A stretch of DNA of 64,000 bases from Camelus dromedarius (Eukaryota), in assembly GCF_036321535.1 (NCBI RefSeq), contig NC_087437.1, forward strand, positions 54,686,001-54,750,000, written 5' to 3'. A program made the position numbers and the translations under genes. Below the pieces are notes generated by a model. The model saw only the letters and a program-made list of their open reading frames with translations. It did no database searches and had not been told where the DNA came from. Below are positions 53,571 to 64,000 of this stretch, in pieces. Every line of letters starts with the position of its first letter. Position 1 is the first letter of the stretch.

Positions 53571-54069
53571 TATGGTTAGCACAGTAATGGCTCCAAAGAT
53601 GTCCACGTTGTAATCTCCTGTGACTATGTCCGATTACACGGCAAAGGGGAGTAAAATTTGCAGATGGAATTAAGGTTGCTAACAGATAACTTTAAGATAG
53701 AGAAATTACCCTGCAGGATCTGAGTAGGCCCAACGATATGCCGAGGGTCCTTAGAAATGGATGGTGGAGACAGAAGAGGTCTTTGGAATGATGAGATTTG
53801 AGAAAGAACTCAGTAGCCTTTGCTGGCTTTGAACATGGAGGAAAGGGGCCACAAGCCAAGGAATGAGGGCAGCCTTCAGAAGCAGGAAAAGACAAGGGAA
53901 TAGATTTTCCCTAGAGATTCCAGCAAGGTAGGCAACCCTACTGACACCTTGATTTTAGCCTGGTGAGATTCATGACAACCTTCTTATTATTAGAACTGTG
54001 AGATAGTAAATGTATGTTGTTTTAAATAGTTGTTTGTGGTTTATGCAGCAACAGTAGAAAACTAATACA
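53571..54069 (+). mobile_element. MaLR solo LTR, MLT1D-like, inserted in an L2 fragment
   Basis: taatggctccaaagatgtccacg...tttgcagatggaattaaggttg...ggccacaagccaaggaatg...gacaccttgattttagcc...gcagcaacagtagaaaactaataca. Confidence 0.85.
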
Positions 54070-54364
54070 ATATTATGTTGAAATTATCATGTGTATGTCT
54101 GTCCTCTCCTCTAGACAGCAAATTTCTCAAGGGCAACAATGCTGTCTTTAAAAAAGGAAAATCTGAGCATTGTTCCACATTAAAGGAACTTAAAATTTCC
54201 TGTCAACCACTGGACAGATCTAGTATTTCCTGAGTGTGTATGCACCACATGCCTAGCATTGCCCTGATCATTGTGCTTTGGGAATTTTACTTACTCCCTA
54301 AGAACAGTGTTTAACCTTACTGAATTTTAATCTTCTCATCTGTAAAATGAGTTCAAGGACTAGA

Positions 54365-54588
54365 ACGGAGTTGGCAAATTTTTCTGTAAGTCCAGATAGA
54401 AAATATTTGAGGTTTTGCAGGCTGTAAGTCTTTGTCTCAGTTACTCAATTCGGCCAATAGAACACAGACAATAAAAAAGCCATAGACAATAACTAAGTCA
54501 ATGATTGTCGCTGTGTTCCAATAAAACTTGATTTACAAAATAGGAGTTGGTCTGGATTGGGCCATTTGCCATTGTTTGCTGACCCATA
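54365..54588. mobile_element. MER58A-like hAT-Charlie element
   Basis: ggagttggcaaatttttctgtaa...gctgtgttccaataaaactt...tttgctgaccc. Confidence 0.8.
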
Positions 54589-55445
54589 GACCAGCAGAGC
54601 CTCCTTATTCCATTCTAATTTCTTTCTAATCTGAAGATTTTGTGAGTTTATAAAGTTGTACCATTCATGCCAGTTAAGCCATGAAAGTGCCAGTAGGACT
54701 TGGAGAGGTAATGCAAATATCGGGATGGTTCTGCTTATAAGAAGAAGCGTGATACTGCAGACTCAGGTGCCAGGAAGGAAACTGCCATCATATCCTTGGC
54801 AAATGGACCTGGGACAAATGCTCTTAAGGATGAGATGTAAGGAGAACCTTGAATGCCAAGGCTGAGCTCACTGAACTTGAAACTCAGAGAAGTGGAACTG
54901 GTGTTGGAGAAATAAAAGAGAGCCATAAATCCATTGCCCTTTGGAATGAAAGCCCTTCCGAGGCAGCTGGCCCAGTGAAGCAGGCAGGAGTAGCGGGGGA
55001 GGTCCGCGCTCAGCTAAGTTATGTCTTTGGGCGGCCGGACCAGGTCTGCTGAAATAACACGGTGCCTGAACTTCTGCCCAGAACACGTCACCAAGCTTTG
55101 CATTTGTGAACTGTCTCCTATCATGTGACTTCCTAATCTGAGGAAGTGGAGAAAGCGGACTGAATGAAATACATGGAATGAGGTTTTTCTTGGAGTGCCT
55201 CCCTAGGGACGAAACTTGATTTATCAGGAGATTATGTTTTGAATTCTCTATTCTAATTAAAAAGATGTAAGTTCATGGACTAATAGATTTTGGAGGGCCT
55301 TTGGGGTTTGCCGGTGATGCCGGGCTTGCCCGTTGGTTGTGGGTGTGAGGGTGTCGCTGTGCGTGTCCACGTGGGCCATGACACGCCACCCAGAGCTGCA
55401 CAGAGGGTGCTGGGGTTTGGGGATGTTCCTGTTCGTCTGGCTGCC

Positions 55446-55472
55446 TGGTGGTGGTGGTGGTGGTGGTGGTGG
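55446..55472. repeat. (TGG)9 microsatellite
   Basis: Seen directly. Confidence 0.95.
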
Positions 55473-56579
55473 TTTCACCTTGGCTGTCTCACCGGGTGCT
55501 CAGGACAAAACCGACCTCTTCGATTGATTCATCACAATAGCTTGCTTATGTCTTACAAATTGTTCAAGAACAGTTTGTCCATAATAAAAGTGACCTAGTA
55601 ATACTCCGAGACCCAAGGAAACGTCAGGTTAATCAGTAGCAGAAGCACTTGATGTGCCAAGTTAGTGCCACCTCAGGGCTCTCTGTGTGGTTCCTTTCCA
55701 AGATTTCTAAACATTCCAGAGAGAGCAAAGTGTTTGTTTATTTGGCTGCTAGGACTTCATTTTGCTATTGTTTTAGTTACAGTTGTATGCCCCTCTCTCT
55801 GTCTCCCTCACACACACACACCCACCCACCACATACATACACCTATTTTGAGATTGATGGCCACTCAGGTTCGTCCTTTAAAAAATAACTTAATTTGGGT
55901 AGGATTCAATTTGTGGTTGTCAAGAATCGTGCATATACCACTCCACACGTATTTTCTTAACTCTTTTCTGTCTCAGCTCTCTGAGGCATGGGAAGAGGTA
56001 CTTCTGAGCTTGAGCGATGAATCATACATGACATGTGCCCTCAAGGAACACACAGTGCGGGTAAACGGCTCCCATATTCTCAGTAAGATGCCTCGTGCAC
56101 ATGCTCTAGAGGGGCTACAGAAGTGCCTTTGTCAGGGGCAGCTGAGGAAGGCTGGGTAGGGTTGGCAGGTGACATGCGCCTCCAGGAATAGCTTGGGTTT
56201 TGAAATGAAGACACAGTGGGGAGGGAAGTCCTGATGGAGACAAAGACACGAGCATATTCTTGGAGCCAAGGAAGATAGTGGGATAGATGACTGGGTAGGT
56301 GGCTTAGCAAAGTGCACATTGTGAAGTGCAGAACTTGCAGAGCTGCCGCTGCAGCAGTCATCTCAGAGAAGGCATACTCACCGGAACACTCTAGGATGGT
56401 GGATGGTGGAGCAGACTTGTCAAGTTGCTCTCCGTGTTCTCCTAAGAGCCCCATCTTGTTTCAGGATTCTGCCTGTGAGGGATGAGGTCCTTTCAGGTCT
56501 TGAAAAGCCTGGAGCAGGGGCTTTACCAACCCTCTGGTATTCCCAAACCATCTAAAACTCCAGCACAGCTGCCACTGAC

Positions 56580-56765
56580 TCAGTTGGCCATGTCTGTGAG
56601 GGTTTGTTTCCAGGCTCTCTGTTCTAATTCATTGATCCTTAAGTCTGCCCTCATCCCAGCACCACACTGTATTGATTACTGTAACTTTGTGGTGAGTTTT
56701 GAAACCAGGAAAAGAAGAGTTCTCCAACTTTGTCCTTTTTACCCCCAAGATTGTTTTGGCTGTGT
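56580..56765 (-). mobile_element. Old L1 ORF2 internal fragment
   Basis: ccagcaccacactgtattgattactgtaactttgtggtgagttttgaaa...tccaactttgt...caagattgttttggct matches antisense L1 ORF2. Confidence 0.7.
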
Positions 56766-58532
56766 AGGGGCAATGGAAGTTTTCAATCTGGCAACAGTGT
56801 GTAAGATTCGCTGGAAAAGAATAGGTTGGGAGAAATGGAAACTATTTAGGTTGTTTCGTAAGTCTGGATATGAGTCCTTAGTATTTTGGTGGCAGTAGAG
56901 TTGGAGAGCAGTAAATGGGTTTGAAAAATTTAGAATGATTTAATATGGCTTGCTATAGTCAGTGTGAATGAATGAGACAAGAAAGGAAAAAGGGGTTTTC
57001 TCCTAACATTTGTAATTGGGAGAATTGTCCTGAAGTAAATAGAAAAATAGAGGACACAAGAGGAGGTGAGCAGGTCTGTGGGTTAGAGGATCTGAATTCA
57101 GTTTTGAGCCTTGAGCTAGGTTCAGACGAGGATGCCCAGCCATCGGTTACAGATGCAGACATGGAATAAATGAGTGCTGTGATTATTCTGGGTCTTCTGT
57201 TGCTTATAAATGGCATGTTCATTTAGAATTGCTTTTATAATGTGATGCATTTACGGTTACCATGGTGGCAAGAGCCAAATGAAGGGACGTGGTTGGAGAG
57301 AGCAGCAAAGATGGAGATCTGGGAAGAGGTAATTTCATGAAGCTCCTGTGCGTTGCCTTAGCTAAAAGGAAAGAGGATGCTCAGCGCTGTTGACATGTGT
57401 CTTATTTTGAAGTGACTGTTATTACTAGGGTCTGCAATCCTTAGCCTTGATCTCTTGGAGCCTAATGTTCCTGTCCTCCAGCTGAGAGAGACTAATTCAC
57501 CATCTTGTGTTGTAAACACTCGCTCATTTTAACTGATTACACCTCCAATGATTCTCAAATCACTAAAATTACTAATTGCTATTCCTTACACATCAAAGAA
57601 TGAATCCTGAATAATTAACCCCAAATAAAATTAGATGAATTGGCCCTTTTAATTAGAGTCCCTGCTGCTGTTTGTTCTGAGCTTCCTTTTCTTACTGTTA
57701 GAGACTTTCAGAATGATTAAAACTGTTTAAGACTTAAACAGCCAGTGACCTTTTAATACAATATAAATCCGTGAAAGCAATATTTCAGCTAGCAGGTGGT
57801 GAAGTAAATTTTTAGAGCAAGTACCTGTCAGCTCCAGTATTCTTTTGGAAAAAAAAAATCCATGCCAAAAAACAACCACCTTGAAATGAAATGGGTGTCT
57901 CTATTTGATTATTTTTAAAGCATTTATGCATTTGCTAAGCCTCAGTCTCGATGAAATGGCAGGGATGAAGGAGAGTGAGTAATGGTTGGCATCATTTTAT
58001 ATAAATAGTAACAAGAATTTCTCGGCGAGAAGAATTGGAAGTCATTTGTGCACGAAAGATGAAAACTGGAGAAATCACAGAAGGGCCCTGGTCTCACAGA
58101 GCCCTTCTTATCCTCAGGATGTCTCCCGAGGCAGGGAAATGGGCTCCCCTAGTGGGGCCAAGGAAGCCTTATGGGATTTCATCACCTCTGACCGTGGATC
58201 TAGGGTTCCGGACCTGTCCGCGCTGTGCTTGGCCTGAATGTTATTGAAGGCATTTCACGCCTCTCTGATCATCTTATCCAAATCCCATTTTCATCGTCTT
58301 CTGAAGCTGTAGAGGCCGACCAGCTTTCCCCCTCATTCCTGAGCAGTCTCAATTTCTCACACTGAGTTTGCCACATCCTGTGGTAGAGGTGCCCTCAGCC
58401 CGAAGTTAGGAGGCAGAGGGTCGCAGTAGGGTTCCTGCTATGGTTCTACGTACTCTTTGTTTTTCTTTACCATACTGGTTGAAAGTTTCTCCGTCTGTGC
58501 AAGAAAGTTATTGGACTAGACCAATGCCTAAT

Positions 58533-58703
58533 GCATAATGTTTCAGTCATACATATACATACATATATTTGTCTTCATGCTCTTTTTTCATTATAGGTTA
58601 CTACAAGATTTTGAATATAGTTCCTGTGCTATAATAGAATTTATTATTTATCTATTTTATATACAGTAGTTAGTATCTGCAAATCTCAAACTCCCAATTT
58701 AGC
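58533..58703 (-). mobile_element. 171-bp internal L1 3' UTR fragment, inverted near-copy of 62585-62755; no poly(A) or TSD
   Basis: Hand alignment of the reverse complement to 62585-62755 gives 171 bp, 7 mismatches, no gaps. Confidence 0.9.
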
Positions 58704-58719
58704 TCTTTTTTTGCCTTAA

Positions 58720-59010
58720 AATTTAAAAATAAATTTTTACTTCTCATTTTGAAAATGATTTCAGACTCGACACAAACGTTGAAAAATAGTATAAAGTATT
58801 CTCACTTTTCCCCAAATGTTGATATCTTACATAATTATAGCACAGTTACCCAACCAGGTGATTAACACACTGACACAGTACTTCTTGCTGATACATAGAA
58901 TTTATTCAGATTTCATCAGTTGTCCTATTCATTTCCTTTTTCTGGTCTAGGATTGTATCCAGAATCACAAGTTGCGTTTAGTTGCCTTGCCTTCTTAGTC
59001 TTCTTTAAGC
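58720..59010 (-). mobile_element. Old L1MC-like 3' end
   Basis: attttgaaaatgatttcagact...ttgaaaaatagta...tttattcagatttcatcagttgtcc...gcgtttagttgccttg. Confidence 0.7.
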
Positions 59011-59054
59011 AAGGATAACTTACCAGTCTTACCTTGTCTCATGGAGGTCACTGA

Positions 59055-59225
59055 CTCTTAACCAGGCTGCATGTCAGAATCTTGCGAGGAGCTTGCCAAG
59101 GTACTTGTGTCTGGGTCCCAACCCCAAAGATTCTGCTCGAAGCATTCTAAAGTGGGGCCTCACTGCATGTGGTGAAAGCAAGTGCTTCATGAGATACTGA
59201 GGCACACCTTTGTTTAAAAATCAGA
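59055..59225. mobile_element. MER5A-like fragment
   Basis: ctcttaaccaggctgcatgtcagaatc...gggtcccaaccccaaagattctg...gtggggcct. Confidence 0.55.
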
Positions 59226-61790
59226 GCTGTTTCAGCATTTTAAGCACTAACATTGTGGGTTTCTAGCCATATGACTTCTCTCCTTCCACTCCCTTCATTT
59301 TTCTCTTCTTCCATTACGGGCAGAAACTTGACCCTCCAAAATTCTTGGAGGATTTGAAGGAGTTTCTAGATGCCTTGTGGGATATAGTCATTATTCAGAC
59401 CTGTCTACAGGCCTTTTATTGCAGAAGAAAGATCAAGTACAGTGCACATGGTTGCAATGATTATTGAGGCTAAGGTGTCCCCTTAACCAGGGGGTGACCT
59501 AGGGAGGAGAACTTAGGGCCTGGATCCTGAAGACCTGCTCTGGTAAGTTAATGTGTAAAAACAATGACAACAACAGCGACAACAGTAACAACAGCAATGT
59601 CAACAGCAGCAAAACGAGGTGGCTACTCTAAGACTGATGTCATTAACAGTCCATCTGTGAACATCCTGCAGGACCTGTAGCCCACCAGCACTGTAATATA
59701 TTGGCCTCATGTCAATAACTGGCAAGGGGCAAAATGGTCCATGGTATAAATACATACAATCATCTTTTCAGAGTTCAATTCAGTTTATAGACTTATAATA
59801 ATAATCATTTATAATGGTAATATTACTACTATTTATCATGCATCTCCTATGTGCTGTATATGCTCCTTAAAACAGACAGCTTGCCCTCAAGGTGCTTATA
59901 GTCTAGTAGGAGAAAACAACAGATAAGCAATTAAATTAGCAGAGGGCAGAATATGTGCTCCAACAGAGCAAAATCAGGAAGGAGCAATATGTTGTCACTG
60001 GAAGTGAGGATGATTCGCTCCACCCAGACATAGCAGGAGTGGAATAAGCTAAATGAGCTATTTAAAGTACTTTTTATTCTGAAACCACATTCCTTCTGGC
60101 TCCATTACCATCTTTGGAGGGAAGGTAACCTTCTGGCCTCAATGACCGCCACAGGATACTGTCCCATCTCTAAGAAAAAAGGATATTTTTGAAATAACCT
60201 CTCAGCACACTGTTATTTTTTTGTCAGCTTTCTTTTTCAGCGGTAAGTTAAGATTTTTTCTTTTGTTTTGTTTCCGTAGATTGTTGCCTAATTCTCTGTC
60301 CACAACATGAAATTTTTATTTTAATTTTATTTTTAAACTGAGAGAATTTCACTTTTTGGTATTGGAGCTGAAAGTATCTCAATAGCTGGTAGAAGATTGA
60401 TGCTCAGGCTTAAATCATCGCACCATTTATTTTGAATGCTCATCTTTGGAAGTCAAACTGTATGGTGTGGTTTGTTGTCTGGGTGGCAGTTACTTCGTTT
60501 TTGTAAGACGAATGACAGTTGGTGGACTCACAAATGTTATTTGGTTTTAGTCCATTTGCAGAACAAGACTCTCCTCCTGATTTCATATTACTTGAAAATC
60601 ATTCAGTGTTTTTTGACTAAGAAATCAAATTTATTTTTCAGCAAATAGAAACCACTATGTGATAGAGAAATGCAGTATGTGTGGATATGATGCCTTAAGG
60701 TGTTTCACCCTCACACAGAGTGTTTATTTGTACTTAAGCCTGAGGACTGTTGAACTCAGTGAAGATATAGGGATTCTGTATTAGATCGATATAGAGTGAA
60801 ACTGTCCATTTGAAAATCAGGGAGACTTCATCTACTTTAGGATAATCATTCTTGTGCTTTTAATTTGAGAATCTTAAAGAGCATTTCAAGCTAAGTTATT
60901 TAGAAAGATGACGGAGACATTACATTTTGGCTTGAGTAAATATAGTGGTGCATTATAATTAAACACTGGCTTAAGTAGATTCTGCAATTCATTTCAAAGT
61001 ATCTTCCTTTTGATTTTTAAAAAAAATGCATGCCTATAATTCACATTTATTGTATAATAATTAAACCCAAAGGAGAAGGCATTAAAAAAAAACAAACAAA
61101 ACACTTGTCATCCCATGAGCTATAGACCATTGTTAACATATACAAAACTGTTTATACAGAAATTATGCCATATGATAAACACTATTCAGTAGCCGACTTT
61201 CCCCCTCGCGAGCTAATATATCGGAAACGGTTTTTCATGTTCTCTTCCCAGATACTCCATGACTCACACCCTTAGTAGATGTAATTCTTTGTTCAAATAT
61301 CACCTCCAAGAGGCATTCTCCCACCTTTCTTTTTAAACTGGCAACATTCCATCATCACCCTAGCAGTCCATTCCCCCTTCCTTGTCCTATATATCTGTAT
61401 AGTACTTATCAAGATTTGATACTAAGTATGTTTTATGTAATTTAATTTTTAAGTATTCTTCTGCTGGAGTGTAAATTCCATGAATGCAGCACTTTGTGTT
61501 TCTTTTATATTTGCATGTTTGATTTTTTTTCCTTCTTGTGTCTAGAATAACACCTGGCACATAGAAGACACCTAATCAATGAAATTGATGTCAGGTCTAG
61601 ATCAACATCATCATTTTGATGGCAGCACAATTTCCCAGTGTGTGACTGATGACAAATGATTTTTTTTTGTTTTGCCGATACTTTATTGATGAACAGTCTG
61701 ATCATTTCCATTATATTTCATTGTGATGAAGATTCTTTAACATTCTTCCCTGTATATTCTTCAGTTAATTCTTTAGTAGGATAATTTATT

Positions 61791-62842
61791 AAAAGGGCTT
61801 AATTTCCAGAATATATAAACAGCTCATACCACTGAATAACAACCCCCACCCCCCAAAAAAAAACAACCCAACTCAAAACTGGGCAGAAGACCTGAACAAG
61901 CAATTCTCAAACGAAGACATACAAATGGCCGATAGGCACATGAAAAAATGCTCAATATCGCTAATTATCAGAGAATTGCAAATCAAAACCACAATGAAGT
62001 ATCACCTCACACCAGTCAGAATGGCCATCATTATAAAGTCCAGAAATGATAAATGTTGGAGAGGGTGTGGAAAAAAGGGAACCCTCCTACACTGCTGGTG
62101 GGAATGTAGTTTGGTACAGCCATTGTGGAAAACAGTATGGAGATTCCTCAAAAACCTAAAACGAGAGTTACCCAATGATCCAGCAACCCCATTCTTGGGC
62201 ATATATCCAGAAGGAATTCTAATTCAAAAAGGTACATGTACCCCTGTGTTCATATCAGCACTATTTACAATAGGCAAGGCATGGAAACAACCTAAATGTC
62301 CATCAATAGATGACTGGATAAAGAAACTGGTATATTTATACAATGGAATACTACTCAGCCATTAAAAGGAATAAAATAATGCCATTTGCAGCAACATGAA
62401 TAGACCTGGAGAGCATCATTCTATGTGAAGTAAGCCAGAAAAAGAAAGAAAAAATACGATATGCTATCACTTACACGTGGAATATAAAAAAAAAAGACAA
62501 ATGAACTTATTTATAAAACAGCGACAGACTCACAGACATAGGAAACAAACTTATGGTTACCAGGGGGTAAAGGGGATAAGAAGGGCTAAATTGAGAGTTT
62601 GAGATTTGCAGATACTAAGTACTGTATATAAAATAGATAAGTAATAAATTCTATTATAGCACAGGAATTATATTCAAAATCTTGTAGTAACCTATAATGA
62701 AAAAAGAACATGAAAACAAATATATGTATGTATATGTACGACTGAAACATTATGCTGTATTTCAGAAGTTGACACAACATTGTAAACTGACTATACTTCA
62801 ATAAAACAAAACAAAACAAAGAGCTTCAAAATTTAAAAAAAA
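61791..62842 (+). mobile_element. 5'-truncated, relatively young L1 (about 1.05 kb): ORF2 C-terminus, 3' UTR, (AAAAC)n/poly(A) tail; inserted in an older antisense L1ME-like element
   Basis: ORF 61925-62365 encodes [30 protein letters not shown]...[18 protein letters not shown] (the ORF2p CCHC region). The host sequence aggataatttatt...aaaagtgttattgctg continues across the insert. Confidence 0.95.
61925..62365 (+). pseudogene. L1 ORF2p C-terminal cysteine-rich domain remnant (non-functional)
   Basis: CX3CX7HX4C-type motif. Homology is lost after WIKK (apparent frameshift), and the later ATW codon reads gca aca tga. Confidence 0.85.
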
Positions 62843-64000
62843 GTGTTATTGCTGCATGAAAGTGTAGAAATATTTTTAAGGCTTTTGATACCTGTTACCA
62901 AATTTTCTTGAGAAAAATTTTATCTTTAACACTCCTACTTTATACAAGAAGCATACAGGAGTGCTGAATTTCCTGTATCACCTTATACCTACATTGTGCT
63001 CCATCACTCTTTTTAATCTTAGTCCTTTCATTTAGGAAATTAAGTACTATCAGAGTCAACAATTTGTTTTTAGTAAAGCAGCTGAAAATAAAAATGGAAG
63101 AAAAATAGGAAGGCGACTTTTCTGATATATAATTATACATAATAAAAGCCTGAACTCCAAAACAGTCTAGTGTGAGAACTAAAGAATTGAAGTTACTTGG
63201 TTAGGTTACATATCTTCTCATTTATGGAACCAGGGATTCCCTGCCTTGCCCTGATAATTATCACTTCTCCCAGAGAGTCCTCAAAAGGGCTGCACACTCA
63301 GGGAACAGGAGCAAAACGGGAATCCAGGAGCAGCTGCTTTATTGCTGAGCACTTAATCTCTAAGACAGAGGTCTGTAGTCACGCTGAGATGGTGCTTAGG
63401 CTTTGGCTCTGGAATTAAGCAGGTTTTTGATTCTATCTCTAATAAGAACAACACATTGAGTAAATCAGAGCAGTTCCTTTTATGTTTTTAGTTACAACAA
63501 CCAATGGGCAGTAAATAGATCCAGAGGGAAGAGAGGTGATGCTTTAAATGGGACTTATCCTCAGTGATTTCTTGACCTCTGCCTATCCCAGTATTTCCTG
63601 GTGGTTTTTAAAACCTTATTCGGCTCAGTATTTGCAGATGACACATTCCTAGATACTGAACATTCTCTTGAATTGTGTGCATGTGTTACTTTAAAATTTT
63701 AAGTGGGTAGAACAATGGCAGGTTAAAATTTTGTATAATGGAAAGTGAGTTTTCCTTCCAGTCTTGTTTCCCAGTTACAGAATTTAGCTGCTTCTTAGAG
63801 GCCTCTTGCTGTTAACAATTTGGGGGGAATCTACTTAAAAGATAGTCTCTGATAATACAGGCATGTATGTATATGTATTATCACATAAATAACATTTACA
63901 TGCTGTCCTAAACCTTGAGTACTTCACTTTAAAAATAGTTTACTCAATATGCTTTCTGATGTAGTTTTCTTGGTGGCACATGTGTTTTAATGCTAAGTAA

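Noticed and set aside
55257..55478. Poly-proline ORF (MKPPPPPPPPP) as the next proline-rich LPP exon
   Set aside because: It is on the wrong strand, derives from the (TGG)9 microsatellite, and has no LPP similarity beyond the prolines.
59878..59912. Resemblance to the miR-28 5' arm (ttgccctcaaggtgcttatagtcta); miR-28 is hosted in an LPP intron
   Set aside because: Mismatched to mature miR-28-5p and no complementary arm nearby. miR-28 is L2-derived, so ordinary L2 fragments look similar.

Overview
This is mammalian genomic DNA, not prokaryotic. It is most likely camelid (camel, llama or alpaca), inferred from a tRNA-Ala-derived Vic-1-like SINE, laurasiatherian-type L1 3' UTRs, and the apparent lack of Alu, Bov-tA/BovB, PRE-1 or CAN SINEs. 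The window lies inside the LPP gene (LIM domain containing preferred translocation partner in lipoma) on the + strand. It holds one coding exon, the first coding exon (4196-4396; CDS 4204-4396, 64 codons plus 1 nt, MSHPSW...PGGE). The rest is intron: old and young L1 fragments (several with visible target-site duplications), L2, MIR, hAT-type MERs, a MaLR LTR, microsatellites and a 524-nt pure pyrimidine tract. I found no evidence of a new multi-gene system; the other ORFs look like noise or repeat-derived frames. The most interesting observations are (1) two apparently locally templated insertions: a perfect 46-bp copy of a nearby DNA-transposon end inside an (AT)n tract, and a 171-bp inverted, tail-less copy of a nearby L1 3' UTR; (2) an in-frame stop overlapping AATAAA about 50 nt past the LPP splice donor, a candidate intronic-polyadenylation 81-aa isoform; and (3) a dense STAT/AP-1/ETS/RUNX motif cluster at about 29.2-29.5 kb. 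Repeat family names come from recognising consensus sequences by eye. Boundaries of old repeats are approximate.
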